This document shows, piece by piece, positions 30,080 through 39,298 of a stretch of DNA of 61,654 nt. The translations under genes were made by a program, and so were the position numbers. The notes beneath the pieces were generated by a model that was given only the letters and a program-made list of their open reading frames with translations, searched no databases and had not been told where the DNA came from. Origin of the DNA: Candidatus Magnetominusculus sp. LBB02 (GTDB lineage Bacteria; Nitrospirota; Thermodesulfovibrionia; Thermodesulfovibrionales; Magnetobacteriaceae). Position 1 is the first letter of the stretch; every line of letters begins with the position of its first letter. The stretch covers positions 1 through 61,654 of the forward strand of contig JAKOEO010000012.1 of the NCBI GenBank assembly GCA_022321325.1, in the 5' to 3' direction.

Positions 30080-30499
30080 TTACGTTTCTTCTATATTAAA
30101 ATCAATAGAAGTATGTTCTTGAAGAGTAGTAAGTTCTCCTGTTTCTCTGCCATGTATTATAGTACTTCTAAGATCAGTCAATCTCTTTATCTCCAATTTA
30201 TAGATTTTTCTTTGATATATATTGATAGAAACACTAAAAAGGAGCAACATAAATAAAGGGATCATATAGAACTTTTCGGAAGCTAAAAGAGCAATCATGG
30301 CTCGCACATGCTCATTTATGCTATCTGATGAGAGCTTGTATAATATAAAAAGAAGTATTACAACAGCAATACCTATAATGTTGCCACTGTTAATAAGATC
30401 GTAGGTCTTATCTGTAAGGTTAATTAAAAAATCGTACATATTCGTATTTTTTCCCTGAGTTTTTCGCTTTTTCGCTGACTTTTTAGATTCTTCTCCCAA
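30080..30499 (-). CDS. Hypothetical 2-TM protein (AT-rich cassette)
   Basis: Two hydrophobic segments; own TTGACA-18-TAGGGT promoter at 30561-30532. Confidence 0.75.
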   Translation of the reverse strand: MGEESKKSAKKRKTQGKNTNMYDFLINLTDKTYDLINSGNIIGIAVVILLFILYKLSSDSINEHVRAMIALLASEKFYMIPLFMLLLFSVSINIYQRKIYKLEIKRLTDLRSTIIHGRETGELTTLQEHTSIDFNIEET

Positions 30500-30683
30500 A
30501 TCTACCTTCCGCTATTTATTTTAACTGCTAAACCCTACATGAATCTGGAGCTTGTTGTCAAGAATTATTTCCTATTTAACGCTTGGAATTGAAGAGCCGC
30601 GCAACCCGCCATGAGAATTCTTCGACTTACCTGCTTATATGATAAAACATATAGTTGAATTTAGTAAAGCATAAAATTTATCG

Positions 30684-31664
30684 TTATTTTATCTTCTTTA
30701 TAACGTCTTTCTTTGGTTGACTGCCTTCTTTTTTTACCGCCTGAAAATCATAGGTCTCAGGGGTCTTATAGTAATAGCATTTATAGTCGGCGCTTGTAAC
30801 TGCGGCTACAGCCCTTATCCCTGACGCCGCGTTATTTAAAATGCCCACTGATTCGATAGTATATACGTCGCCTTCGTTTAAATCAATATAATTTATCGCC
30901 GTCTGGTAGGCCCCCGGTATTACCGCCTTTATCTCATCATTGGTTTTAAATAAGTTCTGGCTCCTGTATTCGATAATGGCCTTGGCGTATTGTTCGCCCA
31001 GGTCAGGGATGGACATCAGGACTTCCAACGGGGCGGCATTGATGTTTATCTTTGTGGATTTGCTGTAGACGGTGATGAGCTCTCTAAGCCCTTTTTGCGT
31101 GTCAGTGCCGTAGAATATGTCCTGAGTCACGCCTCTTACAAACAATAGTTCCTCAACTGAGTCGAAGCTGCCGTTTTTTGCCTTATACGGCTCGTCAAGC
31201 GACATGTAGTAGTCGCTTTCAGCCCCGTGAAGCCGCGTAAGGTCGTCCTCGTCCTTCCAGTCCATGATTGAATCCACAATTATATCCTGAGTATCGGGCT
31301 CAACGTTAAGCGTTTTCAGAAGCCCTCTGATGAGCTTTTCGTCTGCCGCATTAAGGTCTATCTTTGCCGTTGCCGGCATTATGCGCACAATGTATGAGCC
31401 GCCGCCAAATGCCTCTGACTTAAACAGACCGTCAGCCTGCCATGCGTCCACATCGTCAGGCTTAGCTTTCTTGTATTGTAGTTCAACAATCGCCCTGTTT
31501 ATCCCCGCCTCCGCAATGAACGCCGCCTTTGTCAGCTCCCTCGATGTGGTCGAGCTGCGAAAGGCAACTTTCGCCATGTACGAAAAAGACAGTGACAAGG
31601 CAATAAGAATGGCCATTATCCATAACACCATTATGAGGGCAAAGCCGCGCCGGTTATCTATCAT
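30684..31664 (-). CDS. gspK: T2SS minor pseudopilin GspK
   Basis: RRGFALIMVLW, KIDLNAA, DWKDEDD, ININAAPLEVL; start ATG 31664. Confidence 0.92.
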   Translation of the reverse strand: MIDNRRGFALIMVLWIMAILIALSLSFSYMAKVAFRSSTTSRELTKAAFIAEAGINRAIVELQYKKAKPDDVDAWQADGLFKSEAFGGGSYIVRIMPATAKIDLNAADEKLIRGLLKTLNVEPDTQDIIVDSIMDWKDEDDLTRLHGAESDYYMSLDEPYKAKNGSFDSVEELLFVRGVTQDIFYGTDTQKGLRELITVYSKSTKININAAPLEVLMSIPDLGEQYAKAIIEYRSQNLFKTNDEIKAVIPGAYQTAINYIDLNEGDVYTIESVGILNNAASGIRAVAAVTSADYKCYYYKTPETYDFQAVKKEGSQPKKDVIKKIK

Positions 31665-31665
31665 A

Positions 31666-32295
31666 TCACTGAAATATCGCCGGGTCAAACATAGCGGCCT
31701 TTGAAGCCGCCGTGGCTGAGGTTTGCAGGATATCCCGGGCCGCAATAGGGATGTGTATTGCTTTTCCAAATATGGGGCTGTCTATTTCTACATACTCAGG
31801 CATGGTGTCGGTTTTATCCACATCTGCCTCTGTCTGGGCCTCAACGTTCTCAGTCCGGTGGACAGTGCTTTTAAACGATGCGCCCTTCATGTTTGCCAAT
31901 AAAACGGCGCTTCGCTTGTTATTTTTAAACATATCCCACTCGGTTACCATGAGACTGCCGCTGCCATCTATTTCATATTTCACGGCAACAATACCTCTGT
32001 CTCTGCCCCATGCCGAAACGTTGGACACAAATACAAGACTGTCATCGCTGCCCTTAAAATAATAATATTTCTTTGTCGAGCCGTTATCGCTATACATCAT
32101 CGGCACGGCTGACTGAATCTGTGACTGCAAGAGATTCACCGCGGCACGCAGCCTCTCTGTGGACTGCGCCTTTGCGTCTCCCTTGTCAACGCTTCTAAGG
32201 CAAAGTTTCACCGTTGCGGCCATGATGACGGCTATAATGGCGAAGATTGTAATGGCAATCAATGTCTCCATCAATGTAAAGCCTGATTTGTTCAT
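31666..32295 (-). CDS. gspJ: T2SS pseudopilin GspJ-like
   Basis: Prepilin motif GFTLMETL; position between gspI and gspK. Confidence 0.8.
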   Translation of the reverse strand: MNKSGFTLMETLIAITIFAIIAVIMAATVKLCLRSVDKGDAKAQSTERLRAAVNLLQSQIQSAVPMMYSDNGSTKKYYYFKGSDDSLVFVSNVSAWGRDRGIVAVKYEIDGSGSLMVTEWDMFKNNKRSAVLLANMKGASFKSTVHRTENVEAQTEADVDKTDTMPEYVEIDSPIFGKAIHIPIAARDILQTSATAASKAAMFDPAIFQ

Positions 32296-32699
32296 TTGGA
32301 TGTTGTGGCCACAGTGGATTTCTTCCTTGCGGCAAGGGTTTTCAATGTATATGTTTTTGACTTGCGGCCTGCGTTATAGTTCATAGTAAGCGTTACTGAA
32401 AATAACTCGTATTGGAGATAGTCCGTCTTTTCCTTGTTAATGCGTTCGATAGCAATGTCGTAGGTGTAGCCGTTTTCAGAGTGTTTGGTGTAGGAATCCT
32501 CCTTGAGGGTCTGCTCGCTGATGACATTTCTCATCTCGGACTCAGCGGCAACTGCGGCCTTTGTGTGGCTCTCTGCGTATCCAATGGAGCGTAAGGATCC
32601 GCCGAATAGCTCAATCAGCGCGGTAATCCCGATAGCAAGGATAGCTATGGCCGCCATTACTTCGATAAGAGTAAATCCTTTTTCCTTTATCTTTGCCAC
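32292..32699 (-). CDS. gspI: T2SS pseudopilin GspI-like
   Basis: Prepilin motif KGFTLIEVM. Confidence 0.8.
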   Translation of the reverse strand: MAKIKEKGFTLIEVMAAIAILAIGITALIELFGGSLRSIGYAESHTKAAVAAESEMRNVISEQTLKEDSYTKHSENGYTYDIAIERINKEKTDYLQYELFSVTLTMNYNAGRKSKTYTLKTLAARKKSTVATTSK

Positions 32700-32804
32700 C
32701 CTGCCTATTTTATCATATTGGCGGTACGCTTAACATCGTATTTTAATTATGATACCTTTGTGACAAATATTTCTTGTATCTGCTATAATCGTAGCATAAG
32801 GACC

Positions 32805-33713
32805 ATGGATGTGAAAGAAGATATAATGACTGCAAAAATAGTCTCTTACAAGGAAATAGTAAGAGACCATGTGGTGCTGACTAAGCCGGGGATTGTGCTC
32901 CTTGTGTTGATTACCACGCTGGGCGGGATGTACATGGGGCAAAGGGAGCTGCCCGGGCAGATGCTCATCTTGCTTACGCTGCTGCCTGTGGGCCTTGCTA
33001 CGGCAGGGTCTGCCGTGCTTAATAATTTCTTTGACAGAGACATAGACGTTCTCATGGGCCGGACGCTGAGAAGGCCGCTCCCACAGGGGCGTATCTACCC
33101 TATGAACGCGCTTATATTTGGAGTTTCCCTTATATTAGTTTCATTATTCGTCCTTTTGTTTGTCAATGCAATTACGGCTTTCCTTACAGCCGTAAGCGCG
33201 TTTGTCTACATTGTTCCATATACGCTTTTGATGAAGAGGAGGACTCATCTTGTTACCCATGTGGGAAGCATTACAGGGGCGTTGCCTCCTGTAATCGGCT
33301 ACGCCGCAGTCAGAGGGACAGTGGGGCTAGAGGCGATGGTGTTATTTGCGATAATGTTTATCTGGCAGCACCCGCACTTCTGGGCATACTCTCTAAAGTA
33401 TAAGGACGATTATTCTCGGGCCGGCATTCCCGTACTGCCGCTGTCAAAGGGTATAAAGGGGACGAAGTTGAGGACGCTGATTTACACGGCGGCGCTTTTT
33501 CCTGTCAGCATTATGCCGTATTTTTTAAAGATGTCCGGCGTGTACTATCTCGCCCTTGCCACAGTGCTTGGTCTAATCTATCTTGTCCTTGCGCTGAAGG
33601 CGTATCTGTCTGAAAAAGGGACAGGCCGAATGCTGTTTGTCTATTCCCTCGTGTATATCTCGCTTCTTTTCACCGGATTGGTGGCGGATATGGTAAGAAA
33701 CGCCGGAGGTTAA
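32805..33713 (+). CDS. ctaB: Protoheme IX farnesyltransferase (heme O synthase)
   Basis: LTKPGI, NNFFDRDID..M.RT..RPLP, WQHPHFW, DDYSRAGIPVLP. Confidence 0.95.
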   Translation: MDVKEDIMTAKIVSYKEIVRDHVVLTKPGIVLLVLITTLGGMYMGQRELPGQMLILLTLLPVGLATAGSAVLNNFFDRDIDVLMGRTLRRPLPQGRIYPMNALIFGVSLILVSLFVLLFVNAITAFLTAVSAFVYIVPYTLLMKRRTHLVTHVGSITGALPPVIGYAAVRGTVGLEAMVLFAIMFIWQHPHFWAYSLKYKDDYSRAGIPVLPLSKGIKGTKLRTLIYTAALFPVSIMPYFLKMSGVYYLALATVLGLIYLVLALKAYLSEKGTGRMLFVYSLVYISLLFTGLVADMVRNAGG

Positions 33714-33726
33714 CGGCCTCTGGCGG

Positions 33727-35640
33727 CTATTTCAGATATAGGAAGTTCTTAGCGCTCTCGTCATATGTGATGACAATACTGTCTTTTGCATTGAGCTGCT
33801 TTTTCACCTCTATCTCGCTTCGTTTTTCCGGAAACAGGGTCTCTTCTATCTTAAATTTTATGTCGGACTCTTCAGGGTTAATCATCACCTCGTCATATAC
33901 GAAAATGGCCGAGTCCCTTCTGATGCCGCGTGGATTGAACACCTTTGAGTACACCTGTTTCTGGTTGACGGTTATGTCTACCTTTATTGGCGAACGCGCA
34001 CTGGCCACCGATGGGGTTGACCTGTACTTGAATGACAGGACGATGGCGCTTTTGTCTGTCGGGTAAAATGCCATCTTAAAGTCAGTCAGAGGAAAAAGCA
34101 GGACAACCGGTATAAGAAGCACAATTGCAGAGACGGCATAGTTGAGTTTTTTAAGCCCTCTTACTGCGACAGTTTCCGACTTGCCGCCGCCTGTTACGTC
34201 TTTTATAAATGCGTTGAGCTGCTGGGTTATGTCTGTATTGGATGTTACCATCAATATCCTGATCTTCGATGGGTCAACGTTTTGGTTAAGATAGGGCTTT
34301 CTCTGCCTATTATATCTGGCGACAGCCCACTTGCCGCCTTCTCTGTAATGACAGTCATCCTGTTCACAACCAACAAGCATGACGCCCTTTACCCCTGTGG
34401 CAAGTATGTCTCTGGGGAAATTTGGATGAACTGAGCCAATGCACGGGACGGTGTATGTAAAAACATCGTTTCTTTCTGGCGGCGTGGCCGTGCTCGTGCA
34501 CCTTAACAGCACAAATTCCGGAGACCTCTCCTTTATCTCATCTAACATCGCCTGCCACTGAAAACCCGGCATAGTAATCGCTTTAAAGCTGCATGACCCT
34601 ATACATATGGCGCAGCTTGCGCATTTGTTTTCATTAAGCACGGCCTTCTTCTTTCCCTCAAACGTCCTTTGCATGATTACCGCCTCATATGGGCAGTCCA
34701 TGTAGCAGCGTTCGCAGCCGACGCACTTGTCCTTGTCTATTGTCACCACAGCCGCCCTCAATCCCCTGATTATCCACGGGAAAAGACATATTACAAGCGT
34801 ACCGACGCTTACCAGAAGCCACATCGTTGATAGCGGCATGAGCTTCATAAGCGGATAGACAAAGAAATACGCCCAGTCTAAAGAGATATTAAACGGCAGC
34901 TTAGAAAGGCTTGCCTCAGGGTTGCTTTTTGCAGAGAGAAATATGCTTAAAAGCACAAAATACACTGTAAGGCTTGCCCACAGATACTTAGGCGGTATAA
35001 TCCGCGGCCTTGCGTTTCTCAGGACATGTATCCACAATACAAATACGATAGCAAGGGTAATTGCAACATGAAAATAGAGAATCATTCTGAACATCCCGCC
35101 AAGCAGCTTAATGTCGGCGCCAAAAAATGTGCTCATTATAGAATGTCCAAACACGGGCAGGTACGAAAGAAACTTGCCCGAAAGTATCCCTATAAGCTGC
35201 GCCTTAGCGTCCCAGACAAGTATATAGCCCGATATCCCTATGGCAAGAAACATGCCAAGCCCTAACAGCCCGGTAATCCATGCCACCCACCTGTAGCTGC
35301 GAAACCTGTCGGTAACAAGCACATGGACCATGTGGGCAATGGCTATAAAAATGATGCCGGCAGAGGTATATCTGTGCAGCCCGCGCATGAGGTTTCCTAA
35401 GAAAGACGAGGAAATCGCCGCTACAGAGGAGTAGCAATAACGCGGGTCTATCTTGTAAAATATATAGAGATAAATCCCTGAGATTACATCGAGGACAAGC
35501 AGAAATATTGCAATAGCGCCAAGCCAGTAAAGCGGATTAAGCTCATACGAAAACGCCCTGCTGAAGGTGGAGGAAAGTCTGTGGAATAGTCCCTGAAGCA
35601 TTGCCGGCTGCTGATGAGGTTGTTTATTTAATTTATCCAT
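33727..35640 (-). CDS. Cytochrome b + 2x[4Fe-4S] ferredoxin + MvhD/FlpD-like [2Fe-2S] fusion membrane protein
   Basis: RGLHRY, AHMVHV, YFHV, WIHV heme His; CVGCERCYMDCP and CASCAICIGSC; VPCIG..GCEQDDCHYREG; start uncertain. Confidence 0.88.
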   Translation of the reverse strand: MDKLNKQPHQQPAMLQGLFHRLSSTFSRAFSYELNPLYWLGAIAIFLLVLDVISGIYLYIFYKIDPRYCYSSVAAISSSFLGNLMRGLHRYTSAGIIFIAIAHMVHVLVTDRFRSYRWVAWITGLLGLGMFLAIGISGYILVWDAKAQLIGILSGKFLSYLPVFGHSIMSTFFGADIKLLGGMFRMILYFHVAITLAIVFVLWIHVLRNARPRIIPPKYLWASLTVYFVLLSIFLSAKSNPEASLSKLPFNISLDWAYFFVYPLMKLMPLSTMWLLVSVGTLVICLFPWIIRGLRAAVVTIDKDKCVGCERCYMDCPYEAVIMQRTFEGKKKAVLNENKCASCAICIGSCSFKAITMPGFQWQAMLDEIKERSPEFVLLRCTSTATPPERNDVFTYTVPCIGSVHPNFPRDILATGVKGVMLVGCEQDDCHYREGGKWAVARYNRQRKPYLNQNVDPSKIRILMVTSNTDITQQLNAFIKDVTGGGKSETVAVRGLKKLNYAVSAIVLLIPVVLLFPLTDFKMAFYPTDKSAIVLSFKYRSTPSVASARSPIKVDITVNQKQVYSKVFNPRGIRRDSAIFVYDEVMINPEESDIKFKIEETLFPEKRSEIEVKKQLNAKDSIVITYDESAKNFLYLK

Positions 35641-35675
35641 GCCTTTATAATACGTATGATATATGCCATAATGCA

Positions 35676-35689
35676 ATGATATAAATCAT
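35676..35689. promoter_or_regulatory. CRP/FNR-family palindromic site
   Basis: ATGAT-ATAA-ATCAT centred at about -41.5 from minus-strand TATTAT (35653-35648). Confidence 0.6.
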
Positions 35690-35722
35690 AAGAGGGGGCT
35701 GCCCCCTAAGGAGGCAATCACA

Positions 35723-37402
35723 ATGAAGGCATCATCGCTAAGGGTACGCATAATTATCGCAGCCGCCGTCATATTCTGTCTGTTTGGCTTATGCCGCGCC
35801 GCAACGCTTTCCATAGTTCACATCAATGACACGCATGGACATCTGGAGCCGTCCAACGTGCCCATCGCGTATAACGGGCGTTCGTTTGCCGTGCGCGCAG
35901 GCGGGTTTCCCTGGATTACAGCTTCTGTTTACGCACTGAGGCAGTCTAATCCTGACTTATTGTTTCTTCACGCGGGGGATGTCTTTACCGGGACAGTGTA
36001 TTTCTCAAAATACCGCGGGCTTGCCGATGTGGATTTCTTAAATTCGATGGGGCTTGACGCAATGACCCCCGGCAATCATGAATTTGACAAGGGGCCTTCT
36101 GTCTTTGCCGAATTTATCAAAAAGGCGGCCTTCCCTGTTGTATCGGCAAATATCGAAGTGGCCGCAGACTCTCCACTTTACGGCCTGATCAAACCATACA
36201 CAATAATAGAGAAAAATGGGCTCAGAATAGGCATTGTGGGCCTTACGACAACTGAAACTCCGGACATCTCCAAGCCCGGCGATACAGTAAGATTTAACGA
36301 TGTTATAGAGGCGGCAAGAGACGCCGCCAACGCCCTCAACCGCCAGGGCGTCAACATTATAATTGTCCTGTCACACATAGGCTATGAAAATGACCTTGAA
36401 CTTGCCCGCAAAGTTGCCGGTGTGGCCGTTATCGTAGGCGGGCACTCGCATACGCTGCTCGGCGATAACCTACCCGGCCATCAGCCGGTTGGCCCCTATC
36501 CCACAGAGGTGCGCGGCGTGGATAACTCCACAGTGCTGGTGGTCTCGGCATGGGAGTTTGGAAAGATTCTCGGCCTTATTGATATTGACTTCGATGATGA
36601 TGGCAGGGTTGTCGCCTACCGTGCGAAACAGACCGTAATACTGCCGCAGGAGCAGGTGCATCCGCCTGATGCGGAGGAGTTTTATCAGGCAGTTGCAGGC
36701 GGGAAGTTTACTCTGGGAAACCCAGATTTTCAGATAGTCAGGGCTGAGCCCAGAGCTGCGCTGAAACTCGATAACTATACCGCCCCAATCAAGGAGTTTA
36801 TGAGTGAGAAAATTGCCTATGCGCAAGTGCCGCTCATACGCGGCAATAATCAGGGGCCTGGGCCTATAATTACAGACAGTATGCTTCAAAAAACCGTCGG
36901 CATGGGCGCCGAAATTGCCATTATGAACTCCGGCGGCGTACGCATTGACCTTCTAAAAGGCGATGTTACAATTGCCGACGCCAGCTCCCTTATGCCCTTT
37001 AACAATACGATATATGTCCTGAGCCTCAAAGGATGTCAGATAAAAGACGCCATAGAGTCAACCGTGGAGTTTCAGATAAATAAAATGAAAAAGCCACCGT
37101 TTATATATGTCTCCGGTCTTAAATTTACGCTTGACCTGACAAAGCCAAAGGGTCAGCGCGTTAAAGACATGGAAACTCAGGCACAGGCCGTTAAAATGAA
37201 CTCATTTTACAAAATAGCCGTCAGCGAATACATCGCAAAAGGCGGCGATAATTTTATTGTATCGCAGGGGACATCGCCGCTTGCGGCGGCAAGTTCGGCT
37301 GTGGATACCGGCTTTGTAGACTCAGAGGTCTTTATGGAATATATCAAATCGCTAAAGACACTGAAAAATCCAGCCGCAAAGCGTATTCTCATGGTTCAGT
37401 GA
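35723..37402 (+). CDS. Periplasmic 5'-nucleotidase (UshA/NadN family)
   Basis: HINDTHGH, AGDVFTG, GNHEFD, VGGHSH, NSGGVR, MPFNN; signal peptide. Confidence 0.94.
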   Translation: MKASSLRVRIIIAAAVIFCLFGLCRAATLSIVHINDTHGHLEPSNVPIAYNGRSFAVRAGGFPWITASVYALRQSNPDLLFLHAGDVFTGTVYFSKYRGLADVDFLNSMGLDAMTPGNHEFDKGPSVFAEFIKKAAFPVVSANIEVAADSPLYGLIKPYTIIEKNGLRIGIVGLTTTETPDISKPGDTVRFNDVIEAARDAANALNRQGVNIIIVLSHIGYENDLELARKVAGVAVIVGGHSHTLLGDNLPGHQPVGPYPTEVRGVDNSTVLVVSAWEFGKILGLIDIDFDDDGRVVAYRAKQTVILPQEQVHPPDAEEFYQAVAGGKFTLGNPDFQIVRAEPRAALKLDNYTAPIKEFMSEKIAYAQVPLIRGNNQGPGPIITDSMLQKTVGMGAEIAIMNSGGVRIDLLKGDVTIADASSLMPFNNTIYVLSLKGCQIKDAIESTVEFQINKMKKPPFIYVSGLKFTLDLTKPKGQRVKDMETQAQAVKMNSFYKIAVSEYIAKGGDNFIVSQGTSPLAAASSAVDTGFVDSEVFMEYIKSLKTLKNPAAKRILMVQ

Positions 37403-37447
37403 CTCGGAGACTGCGCTATGACCGCCTGAGCCGCATGCCTCAAAAGC

Positions 37448-37461
37448 ATGACATATATCAT
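37448..37461. promoter_or_regulatory. CRP/FNR-family palindromic site
   Basis: ATGA-CATATA-TCAT centred about -42.5 from TACAAT (37485-37490). Confidence 0.55.
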
Positions 37462-37795
37462 TGTAATTTCATAATCATGCCCTATACAATTACGTGCGCC
37501 TGAGCTTCGCCGATATCGGGAGTCATGGGTGTGAAATATTTTTTATTTTTTTTAGAGTGAATTAGTGATATTAGTTACTGCATAACGTGGAAATCCGCAT
37601 GATGTCAGGGTTGGTAGCGTGTTTGTGAGGTGTAGTGTTTTATGTGTAAGTAGTTGATTTTACAAGTGGCTGCCGTATATAATTGTTGTGATTTTATTTA
37701 CAGCAGCAGCGGAGGGAGGGTTGGATGTTGAGGTTATGGCAATATGGTTGTATGGTGCTGTCAAAATTTATTCCCACGTTTAAGGAGGACATTTA

Positions 37796-38557
37796 ATGAA
37801 AGGGAAAGTCGTAGCGTTTGTAGCAGTATTCATTGTGTTAGCGGTCTTTGCAATGGGCGAGAGTTTTGCCGCATCCGAGGCCGACGTAGGGCAAAAGGTA
37901 TTTGAGAGGAGATGCGCATTTTGCCATGGGCTTAACGGCGACGGCAATGGGATGGCGGAGTTTGTCTATAAGAAAGACAAGGGCAAGATCTGGAAGCTGT
38001 ATCCGCGTGATTTTACACAGGGCGTTTTCAGGTTCAGGTCAACTCCTACCGGAAGCCTTCCTACTGACGAAGACCTGACGCGCATATTGGTCAGAGGTAT
38101 TCCACGCTCAAGCATGCCGACTACGAAAGACCTGTCGGACGAGGAGAGAAGGGCGGTTATTGCGTATATCAAGACGCTCTCAAAGAGGTGGAAAGACGAA
38201 CAGCCCGGAATTGCGATTCACCCGGGGGACAAACCTGCATGGGTTGGCACTCCTGAATCGGTTGAAAAGGGCGCTCAGGTGTGGAAGGAAATGAAGTGCT
38301 GGGAATGCCACGGTGAAAAGGGAAGGGGCGACGGCCCTAAGTCCAACGATATTAAAGACGACCAGAAAAGGCCAATTCTGCCGTTTGACTTCACAATTGG
38401 CGCTCTGAAAAGAGGCACGGAAGACGAAGATATCTATATGACGTACACGACCGGCCTTGATGGCACGGGAATGCCTTCGTATGAGGATTCGCTTAACGAG
38501 GAGCAGCGCTGGCATCTGGTATCGTTCACGAAAAAACTGATGGGAAAGATAAAATAA
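37796..38557 (+). CDS. Diheme cytochrome c
   Basis: Signal peptide, CAFCH and CWECH, PRDFT..FRSTPTGSLPTDEDL, two MP distal Met motifs. Confidence 0.92.
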   Translation: MKGKVVAFVAVFIVLAVFAMGESFAASEADVGQKVFERRCAFCHGLNGDGNGMAEFVYKKDKGKIWKLYPRDFTQGVFRFRSTPTGSLPTDEDLTRILVRGIPRSSMPTTKDLSDEERRAVIAYIKTLSKRWKDEQPGIAIHPGDKPAWVGTPESVEKGAQVWKEMKCWECHGEKGRGDGPKSNDIKDDQKRPILPFDFTIGALKRGTEDEDIYMTYTTGLDGTGMPSYEDSLNEEQRWHLVSFTKKLMGKIK

Positions 38558-38566
38558 GGACGGGAG

Positions 38567-38749
38567 GTGAAACTTATGTCGGAAGAACAGGCAGGATTTA
38601 TAGAGAAATTAATGGATAATCCCATAGGGCTGTTGGTGCTTTCAAATGGGGTGTTGCTGGTGGTTTATTTTCTGTGGGGATTATTTGAGATAGAAACTAT
38701 AGCCCCAATCCCTGATGCGCTTAAAGCAATTATCTTAGGAGGTAAATAA
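38567..38749 (+). CDS. Small single-TM subunit of the heme-copper enzyme
   Basis: One TM (LMDNPIGLL..YFLWGL); directly before subunit II. Confidence 0.75.
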   Translation: MKLMSEEQAGFIEKLMDNPIGLLVLSNGVLLVVYFLWGLFEIETIAPIPDALKAIILGGK

Positions 38750-38750
38750 A

Positions 38751-39281
38751 ATGGCGATTCTTGCACCAGAAAAAGGATGGTGGCAAAAGAAGGTAGCCAG
38801 CGACGAAAAGACGTGGATTATGTTTGCGGCAGTCGTCGCTCTGGCCCTCTTTGTGCTAATGGTTGGGTGGCATTTGCTGGGAAAACAAAACCCATCATAT
38901 ATCGTCTATTCAACGTCACCCGACGAGTTTTATAAACTTGCCCAGGCAAATTGGGCGAAATACAAGGTTGGCGAAGAGGCCGGCATCCCTGTTGTACAGC
39001 CGCCCCCGGACGCCGATGTGTTTGTTCTTGCCTCTACGTGGAAATGGGAACCTGTCTTAGTTCTCAAAAAGGGTGCGAATTACAAATTTCATGTATCGTC
39101 TATGGACCTGCTTCATGGCTTTTCCATACAGCCTGTGAACATGAACTTCGCAATCCATCCGGGGTATGACTATGTTCTAACATTTAAACCGACATCCGCC
39201 GGTGATTTCAGGCTTATGTGCAACGAGTACTGCGGCCCTGGGCATCATACGATGATTGGAAAAATAAAAGTTGAAGACTAA
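38751..39281 (+). CDS. Heme-copper oxidoreductase subunit II (CuA, B-family-like)
   Basis: One TM; DLLHGF and CNEYCGPGHHTM. Confidence 0.93.
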   Translation: MAILAPEKGWWQKKVASDEKTWIMFAAVVALALFVLMVGWHLLGKQNPSYIVYSTSPDEFYKLAQANWAKYKVGEEAGIPVVQPPPDADVFVLASTWKWEPVLVLKKGANYKFHVSSMDLLHGFSIQPVNMNFAIHPGYDYVLTFKPTSAGDFRLMCNEYCGPGHHTMIGKIKVED

Positions 39282-39298
39282 GACGAAGGAGGATTAAG

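Larger units (their letters stand above)
29466..30689. mobile_element. AT-rich two-gene cassette flanked by 7-bp direct repeat GTTATTT
   Basis: GTTATTT at 29466-29472 and 30683-30689; removing the insert puts the gspK stop 1 nt from the gspL ATG. Confidence 0.6.
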
